Below, one piece after another: positions 54,516-60,347 of a stretch of 60,347 nt of DNA (position 1 is its first letter; each line of letters starts with the position of its first letter). A model generated the notes under the pieces. The model saw only the letters and a list, made by a program, of their open reading frames with translations, did not search any database and was not told the DNA's origin. The DNA comes from Methanomassiliicoccales archaeon (GTDB lineage: Archaea; Thermoplasmatota; Thermoplasmata; Methanomassiliicoccales; UBA472): positions 1 to 60,347 of the forward strand of contig JAFGPG010000057.1 in assembly GCA_016926075.1 (NCBI GenBank). The letters run 5' to 3'. Position numbers and translations under genes: made by a program.

Positions 54516-55883
54516 ATGAACAAGGTCATTGGTCATACCAACAGTCTCTGCCCCAAATGCCTGAGGACCATCCCGGCGACCAAGATCGCCGAGGACGATA
54601 AGGTCTACCTCATCAAGGAATGCCCGGAGCACGGCACTGAGAAGGTGCTTATCTGGAAGGGTGTGGAGGACTACCTGGACATGAAACGTTACGCCTCCGT
54701 TCCCGTTCGGCCGGCCAAGGTGGCGGTGAAGGAAACGGGCAACTGTCCAAATATTTGTGGGCTCTGCCCCGATCACATTCAGAACACCTGCCTGGTGGTC
54801 ATGGAGATCACCAACGGCTGCAACCTGAAATGCCCGCTGTGCTTCGCCAGTGCCAACGAGAGATACAGGTTCAATCCCTCTCTAGAGGTCATCAGGGGAA
54901 TGTACCAGACCATCCTGGATTACGTGGAGCACCCCATATGCGTACAGATAAGCGGTGGGGAGCCCACCATACGGGACGACCTTCCGGACATCATACGCAT
55001 GGGAAAGGAGATGGGCATCGACCACATCGAGCTGAACACCAACGGCGTCCGATTGGCCGATGACATCGAGTTCCTCAAGAATGTCAAGAAGGCGGGTGTG
55101 GACACCCTCTATTTCTCCTTCGACGGGTTGCAGGGGGAGATCTACAAGCAGACCTGCGGACGTGACCTCCTGGACAAGAAGCTCAAGTGCATCGAGAACT
55201 GCGAGAAGGTGGGGATGGGCATCACGTTGGTGTGCGTGGTGTCCCCGAACATCAATCTGGACAGGGTGGGCGAGATCATCGATTTCGCCAAGTCCAAGGT
55301 GCCCACGGTCAAGGGCGTCCATTTCCAACCTCTCGCCTACTTCGGCCGCTTCCCCATCACCCCCAAGGACTCCGACCGGGTCACCATACCCGATCTGTTG
55401 AGGGAAATAGAGGAGCAGACCAAGGGGGAGCTCCGGGTGGACAACTTCATACCCACCTCCTGCGCCAACATCCACTGCGATGCCAAGTCCATGTCGGTGG
55501 TCATGGAGGACGGCTCCCTGTTCCCCCTGACCAGCCGGGCGCTTGGTCCCCCCAAGGACACCTCGACCATCGCCAACAAGACCCGAAAGGAGATCGCCGA
55601 CCTCTGGCGGTTCGTGGAGGATTCTCTGATCATCGACGAGGAGGATGACAAGTCCAACGAATGGGGGGACTTCGTAGACAGGGCGAAGACCAACTATCTC
55701 ACGGTGAGCACCATGGCCTTCCAGGACGCCTGGACCTCGGAGACCGAGCGTTTCGCCAACTGCTGCATACACACCGTCACGCCCGATGGTAAGCTGATCC
55801 CCTTCTGCCTCTTCAACATCAACTCGCAGGACGGGAAGACGCTGTACCGGCACGAGATGTGGGCCAAGTTCAGCGAGAAGTGA
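54516..55883 (+). CDS. radical SAM protein of the MJ0619 / tetraether lipid synthase (Tes, GDGT-MAS) family type
   Basis: N-terminal Zn-ribbon SLCPKCLRTIPATKIAEDDKVYLIKECPEHG, a second Cys motif GNCPNICGLCPDH, radical SAM motif NGCNLKCPLCF, and C-terminal NCCIHTVTPDGKLIPFCLFN. The pattern was matched from memory to MJ0619-type proteins. Confidence 0.75.
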   Translation: MNKVIGHTNSLCPKCLRTIPATKIAEDDKVYLIKECPEHGTEKVLIWKGVEDYLDMKRYASVPVRPAKVAVKETGNCPNICGLCPDHIQNTCLVVMEITNGCNLKCPLCFASANERYRFNPSLEVIRGMYQTILDYVEHPICVQISGGEPTIRDDLPDIIRMGKEMGIDHIELNTNGVRLADDIEFLKNVKKAGVDTLYFSFDGLQGEIYKQTCGRDLLDKKLKCIENCEKVGMGITLVCVVSPNINLDRVGEIIDFAKSKVPTVKGVHFQPLAYFGRFPITPKDSDRVTIPDLLREIEEQTKGELRVDNFIPTSCANIHCDAKSMSVVMEDGSLFPLTSRALGPPKDTSTIANKTRKEIADLWRFVEDSLIIDEEDDKSNEWGDFVDRAKTNYLTVSTMAFQDAWTSETERFANCCIHTVTPDGKLIPFCLFNINSQDGKTLYRHEMWAKFSEK

Positions 55884-55928
55884 TGGGGGCCATCATGATA
55901 ATATAATAAGAGGACAGGAAGCAGGAAC

Positions 55929-56234
55929 TCATCTGGAGTTCCGCTTTCCCACCGATTTGTAGTAATTGGCCAGTATGTTGTTCATGTAGCCAGCCAGGTA
56001 CTTCTCCCCATACTTGTTCTTGGTTATGACCTGCTGAATGGGGAACTCGACGTCACAGAAAGGGCAGCGGACGAACCGGCAGTTGGTGTTAGCGTAACGA
56101 CAGCCGCGGCAGGCGATGGCCCTCGACTGCATGAGGCTGAACTCCTTTCCACAATTGGGACAGTTGAATCTCCTGGTAGTGTTCATCAGTTCAGGTGTTA
56201 CCCCAGCCCTGCGCATTTCGGGTGTCAGCGGCAT
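55929..56234 (-). CDS. hypothetical Cys-rich zinc-ribbon protein (101 aa)
   Basis: CPNCGKEF...CRGCRYANTNCRFVRCPFCD. Lies downstream of the DUF169 gene on the same strand. Confidence 0.5.
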   Translation of the reverse strand: MPLTPEMRRAGVTPELMNTTRRFNCPNCGKEFSLMQSRAIACRGCRYANTNCRFVRCPFCDVEFPIQQVITKNKYGEKYLAGYMNNILANYYKSVGKRNSR

Positions 56235-56314
56235 TTCAATCCTCGTCCAGCATAACTACGCTAGTGGTATATTGTTTTTCCCCCGTTTACGTTTCTATAA
56301 GTCCTTATCGCCCG

Positions 56315-57085
56315 TCAAAGCTCTTTGGCCTGAGGCTCCATATGCGGAGGGAAGATCACCGGCCAGTTCAGGAAAGGACGGAAGGGGTGGGTGCTGAATT
56401 TGTCCGTGGCCTTCATCCCCTCGATCAGATGGTCGAAGATGCGGGGTGAGAAGACCATGACCAGATGGTCATCGGGCACTAATCCCCAGGTGCGGTCCCC
56501 GACACAGGGGATGTCCAGAACGATATCCTCCCCAGCGATGACCTTGGCGATGGCCGAGCATACGGAGGACTGTCCGCCCACCACGGCCTTGAGCACCTTT
56601 CCTTCCGCATACTCATATCCCAGCAGGACCTTGAGCGACTGTCCAGGTGTGAGATAGGCCACGATGGCGTCCGGTTCCACAGGCATCAGGTCCAGGGGGG
56701 CGGTGAGCATGGCCCCGTAGCGCTGACCCTGGTTGCCCAGCATGAAGATGTTGTCCTGCAGGGCCTTTGCCGCCTGGTCGTCCTTGGTGAAGGGGCGGTT
56801 CAGCTCACCCCTGGCAAGACGTTCAGGGGTGTCGATCAACCCCAGGCAGGCCAGGCCCCACAGGCACTTCATGCCATGGGAGGTGGAGACGGTGATCCCA
56901 TCGTCCCGGTAATGTCGGCCCAGGGCCAGCATGTGGCAGGGGGCGGTGGAGCGCAGGTGCCGGGCGTCCTTGACCTCCAAGGCCTCCGAGGCCCTCTCGT
57001 ACAGCTTCACTCCGACGGGATAGCTCCCCATGTTCAACAAGGCCCGGAAATCCCTGGCCTGAGCTGCCCTTCGCACATCTGGCAT
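56315..57085 (-). CDS. DUF169 domain protein
   Basis: 256 aa. LNMGSYPVGVKLYE...APCHMLALGR...GMKCLWGLACLGL...SSVCSAI is typical of DUF169. A TATA-like ATTTAATA (57107-57114) lies about 25 nt upstream. Confidence 0.75.
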   Translation of the reverse strand: MPDVRRAAQARDFRALLNMGSYPVGVKLYERASEALEVKDARHLRSTAPCHMLALGRHYRDDGITVSTSHGMKCLWGLACLGLIDTPERLARGELNRPFTKDDQAAKALQDNIFMLGNQGQRYGAMLTAPLDLMPVEPDAIVAYLTPGQSLKVLLGYEYAEGKVLKAVVGGQSSVCSAIAKVIAGEDIVLDIPCVGDRTWGLVPDDHLVMVFSPRIFDHLIEGMKATDKFSTHPFRPFLNWPVIFPPHMEPQAKEL

Positions 57086-57163
57086 GCCATGGTCATGTAT
57101 TTGGTGATTTAATAGTTCTGCGGTTTGAAACAGTTATATGCTAGCGAGGACATGGGCTCGAGG

Positions 57164-58615
57164 ATGAGCATCAAGACCCGCATCGCCATCGCCTATGCCC
57201 GCACCAAGCTTTCGTCCAGGAAGGTGAGTGAGGATGTGGAGAACCCCCTGCATGAATGGGTGCAACTGAAGGTGCGCAACACCTTCAAGCAGGACGAGGA
57301 TTTCCGCAAGGCCCTGGGCCGCAGCAAGTTGGGCGAGATCGACCGCGCGGTCTTCGAGGAATATCAATTGCACCGCTTCCGCAAGCAGGTGGCCTATGTC
57401 ATGGAGAACAGCTACTACTATCAGAGGAAGTACGCCGAGGCGGGGGTGGTCCCGGAAAGGATTCGGACCATGGAGGACCTGGACCAGGTGCCCCTGACCG
57501 AACCGGCGGATCTAGCGGAGGAGCCCTTCCTCTTCCTCTGCGTGTCCCAGAGCAGGATCGCCCGGACCTTCTCCACCTCGGGCACCTCTGGAAAGAACAA
57601 GCGGCTGTTCTACACTCGAGAGGACCTCTTGAACATCATCGATTCCATCGCCGCCGCCCTGCGCTCAGCGGGACTGAAGAGCAACGAGACCCTGCACATC
57701 ATGTTCCCGGCCGTGGTGGCCTGGGACCCCAGCCTTATGCTGGAGAGCGCCTGCAAAGTGGCCGGGCTAAAATCCGTGGTCTGCTCGGAGGTGGACGTGG
57801 ACGAGCAGGTGCGGGTCATGAGGGAGCGGGGCACACGGGTCATCATCGGTCTCACATCCTTCATCTACAGGGTGACGGTGCTGGCACGGGAGAGGTACGA
57901 CCTACGCTCCCTAGGCCTCAAGGCCATCATCTGCTCCTCCGAGCCTCTGTCGGAGGCGGTGCGCAGGGAGATGGAGGAGGCGTGGGGCTGCAAGTGCCTC
58001 AGCCAGTACGGCATGACCGAGATGGGGCTGGCCACCGCCATCGAGTGCCATGAGCAGACCGGGCTGCATATCAACGAGGCGGACTTCCTGGTGGAGGTCA
58101 TCGACCCTGACAGCGGAAAGAGGCTGCCTCCCGGGGAGGAGGGGGAGCTGGTATGGACATCCCTTTCCTTCCAGGGCTCTCCGCTCCTCCGCTACCGCTC
58201 CTACGACATCTCCCACTACATCCCCCCGCCATGTCCCTGCGGGCATCTCACCGTGGGCAAGATCGGCAAGCCCAAGGGCAGGAGGGACGCGGCCACCAAG
58301 ATCGGGCTGGGGGAAAGGATATTCCCAGTGCTCTTCGACGAGGCCATCATGCAGGTGAAGGGAGCTCTCAACTATCAGCTGGTGATCGACAAACCCTCCT
58401 TCCGTGACCGACTGCACTTCACCGTGGAGTACAGCGGGGACATGGAGCGGGGGCGGAGGGAGGTGATGGAGGCATTGACGTCCCTGGACGAGATCAAGAA
58501 CGGTCTGGACAACGATCTTCTGGAACCGATCGAGGTGGAGATGAGAGAGGTGTCCAAGGACTTCACTCCCAAGATGAAACCTATCATCGACCGCCGCCAG
58601 AGCTACGACAATTGA
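57164..58615 (+). CDS. phenylacetate-CoA ligase (PaaK) / coenzyme F390 synthetase-like adenylate-forming enzyme
   Basis: FSTSGTSGKNKRLFYTRED (P-loop-like AMP motif), SQYGMTEMG, and the PaaK-type C-terminal domain. The ATG at 57164 is about 27 nt downstream of GTTATATG. The track ORF starts at a TTG at 57125. Confidence 0.8.
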   Translation: MSIKTRIAIAYARTKLSSRKVSEDVENPLHEWVQLKVRNTFKQDEDFRKALGRSKLGEIDRAVFEEYQLHRFRKQVAYVMENSYYYQRKYAEAGVVPERIRTMEDLDQVPLTEPADLAEEPFLFLCVSQSRIARTFSTSGTSGKNKRLFYTREDLLNIIDSIAAALRSAGLKSNETLHIMFPAVVAWDPSLMLESACKVAGLKSVVCSEVDVDEQVRVMRERGTRVIIGLTSFIYRVTVLARERYDLRSLGLKAIICSSEPLSEAVRREMEEAWGCKCLSQYGMTEMGLATAIECHEQTGLHINEADFLVEVIDPDSGKRLPPGEEGELVWTSLSFQGSPLLRYRSYDISHYIPPPCPCGHLTVGKIGKPKGRRDAATKIGLGERIFPVLFDEAIMQVKGALNYQLVIDKPSFRDRLHFTVEYSGDMERGRREVMEALTSLDEIKNGLDNDLLEPIEVEMREVSKDFTPKMKPIIDRRQSYDN

Positions 58616-58682
58616 CCCTTTGTAACGACCGCTCCCATTGATACTCTGAAATACTCACAGTTGTAATCATAATTCGATCATC

Positions 58683-58823
58683 ATGTCCGAGGAGAAGAAG
58701 GGCAAGGTCGAGGAGACCGCCGAGAAGACCGGCGAAACCGTCGGCAAAGGCCTGAAAAAAGGCTGGGGTGCGGTCAAAGGGGTTGGGAAGGGTATCAAAA
58801 AAGGAGTCGAAGAAAAGGAATAG
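58683..58823 (+). CDS. possible small Lys/Gly/Glu-rich protein (46 aa), not in the ORF track
   Basis: ATG...TAG encoding MSEEKKGKVEETAEKTGETVGKGLKKGWGAVKGVGKGIKKGVEEKE, with G/C-ending codon preference like the neighbouring genes. An AT-rich box TAATCATAATT lies 10-20 nt upstream. Confidence 0.35.
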   Translation: MSEEKKGKVEETAEKTGETVGKGLKKGWGAVKGVGKGIKKGVEEKE

Positions 58824-58972
58824 ATCTTCCCCGACCCGGGTGACACACCTCGTAACAGGATATTATCAAACGTTCGATCGTCCGATCATAGAACGGATCG
58901 TCTCAGATGATGTCATGCATCTCTCGTTCAGAGAGCAAGGATTATCTAGAGCCCTAGGAATCGGCCATCAAG

Positions 58973-59563
58973 ATGAAGGTAGGGGTCGTATCCGTACAGG
59001 GGGCAGTTCCCGAACATATTCGCATGTCACAGCTGGCCATGGAGATCATGGGATTGAGTGGCCAGATCATTTCAGTCCGCCGCCTCAACGACCTACGGAC
59101 CGTGGACTGCCTTATAATCCCTGGAGGGGAGAGCACCACCATCTCCAAGCTCTTGGACAAGTTCCACCTGTTCGAGGAGATCGTGGACATGGGGTCGAGG
59201 GGCGTGCCCATCATGGGCACCTGTGCCGGATGCGTGCTCCTGGCCAAGGAGGGCGGGGAACAGGCAGAACGCACGGGAATGAGGCTACTCTCCCTAATGG
59301 ACATGGCCGTGGACCGCAACGCCTACGGCCGGCAGCGGGAGTCCTTCGAGGCGGAATTGGACATAAAGGGATTGGACGCCCCCTTCCCCGGGGTCTTCAT
59401 CCGCGCCCCTCTCATAACCAGGACCTGGGGCGAATGCCAGGTTCTGTGCAGGCATCAGGGCGAAGTGGTCATGGCCAGGCAGGGCGACATCATGGCCATC
59501 TCCTTCCATCCCGAACTGACCGGGGACCCCCGTCTGCACCAGATGCTGTTCTCCATGGTGTGA
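58973..59563 (+). CDS. pdxT: pyridoxal 5'-phosphate synthase glutaminase subunit
   Basis: MKVGVVSVQGAV.EH...LIIPGGESTT...PIMGTCAGCVLLA (catalytic Cys)...ISFHPEL. Confidence 0.9.
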   Translation: MKVGVVSVQGAVPEHIRMSQLAMEIMGLSGQIISVRRLNDLRTVDCLIIPGGESTTISKLLDKFHLFEEIVDMGSRGVPIMGTCAGCVLLAKEGGEQAERTGMRLLSLMDMAVDRNAYGRQRESFEAELDIKGLDAPFPGVFIRAPLITRTWGECQVLCRHQGEVVMARQGDIMAISFHPELTGDPRLHQMLFSMV

Positions 59564-59570
59564 AAAAGGT

Positions 59571-60311
59571 CTAGACGTTACCCTTGGCCGCCCTGATGAG
59601 CTGGCGCAGGTCCTCGCCGAGGGCGCCGTTCTCCACCACCGTCCCCGTGACCACCACGTCCGCGCCCGCCAGCCGGACCTGCTCGGCGGTCCTTGCGTCA
59701 CGTATGCCTCCCCCTATCAGCAGTGGGACGCTGATGGTCCTCTTCACCGCGGCTATCATCTCGGAGGGTACCGGCTGCGGGGCCCCGCTCCCCGCCTCTA
59801 GATATACTAGGCTCATGCCCATGTACTCCGCGGCCAGGGCGAAGGCCGCCGCCATCTGGGGATCATTGCGGGGTATGGGCTTGGCCATGCCCACCTCCCC
59901 CACCTTCATCCCCGGTTCCACGATGATGTAGCCCATGGATATGGGCTCGATGCCCAGCATCTTGACGATGGGGGCCCCCTTCACCTGCTCCCCGATGACG
60001 TGGTTGACGTTGACGCTGTTCAACATGCTCATAAAGTACATAGCGTCCGCGTGCCTGGAGATGGCGTGCGCCCCGGAGGGGAAGTAGATCACAGGCAGGG
60101 TGGCCCGGGCCTTGATGGCCAGGATGGTGGCGTCCAGATTCTCCTGGGTCACATCGGTGGAACCCCCCACCATGATGGCGTCGCTGCCCATCTCCTGGGC
60201 CATGACCGCCATCTCCGCGGCCCGCACAGGGCTCTGTTTGGCCGGGTCCAGCAGGGTCATGTGCATGGTCCCTTTGCTCACCCTCTCATAGATGAAGTCC
60301 TTGACGTTCAC
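59571..60311 (-). CDS. geranylgeranylglyceryl phosphate synthase (GGGPS, PcrB family)
   Basis: HMTLLDPAKQ, IMVGGST, VIYFPSG, VYLEAGSGA, LLIGGGIRD. GTG start behind a GGGAGG RBS, overlapping the stop of an upstream gene (GTGA). Confidence 0.9.
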   Translation of the reverse strand: MNVKDFIYERVSKGTMHMTLLDPAKQSPVRAAEMAVMAQEMGSDAIMVGGSTDVTQENLDATILAIKARATLPVIYFPSGAHAISRHADAMYFMSMLNSVNVNHVIGEQVKGAPIVKMLGIEPISMGYIIVEPGMKVGEVGMAKPIPRNDPQMAAAFALAAEYMGMSLVYLEAGSGAPQPVPSEMIAAVKRTISVPLLIGGGIRDARTAEQVRLAGADVVVTGTVVENGALGEDLRQLIRAAKGNV

Positions 60312-60347
60312 AGCAATCCTCCCACAAGGAAGGCCAGCAGGGCCAAC
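60308..60347 (-). CDS. 3' end of an upstream gene (only 12 hydrophobic codons visible: ...LALLAFLVGGLL*)
   Basis: The frame is open to the window edge and the TGA overlaps the GGGPS GTG start. Too short to identify. Confidence 0.25.
   Translation of the reverse strand, partial: LALLAFLVGGLL

Noticed and set aside
58768-59574. 268-aa ORF overlapping pdxT in another frame.
   Set aside because: It is R/G/H/P-rich shadow frame, and pdxT (58973-59563) has unambiguous glutaminase motifs.
1-60347. In-frame amber (pyrrolysine) read-through genes, selenocysteine recoding, CRISPR arrays, rRNA, transposases or integrases, and known defence-system genes.
   Set aside because: No mtmB/mtbB/mttB-like gene was seen, and no pair of same-frame ORFs is separated by a single TAG or TGA with protein-like continuation. 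The only TAG checked with downstream sequence (36080) continues as non-protein-like sequence in frame. No short repeat-spacer arrays or recombinase motifs were seen.

Overview
All calls were made by eye from motifs and recalled family features; no database search was run.

This is a 60.3-kb high-GC chromosome segment. Hand counts of 100-nt samples give about 60-67% GC in most genes. It looks archaeal: TATA-like boxes sit about 26 nt upstream of many start codons, and it carries a GGGP synthase, a Tes/GDGT-MAS-family radical SAM and MtaA-type methyltransferases. A Methanomassiliicoccales-like Thermoplasmatota origin is plausible but is inference only.

I call about 57 protein genes and one tRNA-Leu(UAA). 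I see no rRNA, no CRISPR array and no recognisable transposase or integrase.

Main gene content, left to right:
- Partial cooC, then a bacterial-type acetyl-CoA synthase / corrinoid Fe-S operon (acsB-acsD-acsC) with no CODH gene nearby.
- Aldehyde dehydrogenase, orphan receiver domain, PRC-barrel protein and M16 peptidase.
- A biotin operon: AbrB/ACT-like protein, birA, 12S carboxyltransferase, 5S carboxyltransferase and biotin carrier.
- A PadR regulator with an ABC-2 exporter, DUF1028, a CooT-like protein and a COG2403 P-loop protein.
- Pirin, an NSS transporter and tRNA-Leu.
- A clearly lower-GC stretch with a radical SAM gene and an EndoIII-like gene.
- APC permease, DUF3795, an 880-aa degenerate-KaiC / PPDK_N fusion, MFS transporter and TfoX-N.
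- An ABC exporter divergent from a 1369-aa surface protein (7 propeller blades plus 10 FN3 domains).
- PLP decarboxylase, URO-D paralogue and GT-C glycosyltransferase.
- A 730-bp non-coding gap with a probable structured RNA.
- MBL-rhodanese fusion and nikR next to a Znu/Tro-type ABC importer.
- A lower-GC cluster (Zn MT2-type methyltransferase, unknown 150-aa protein, Tes-family radical SAM).
- DUF169, a PaaK-like ligase, pdxT and GGGP synthase.

Most interesting observations:
- An unexplained ~300-aa N-terminal extension on AcsB, in an ACS operon that lacks CODH.
- The candidate structured RNA at 47.5-47.9 kb.
- The MT2 / unknown protein / Tes-family radical SAM cluster.
- The degenerate-KaiC / PPDK_N fusion.
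- A transcarboxylase-type biotin operon without a biotin carboxylase.
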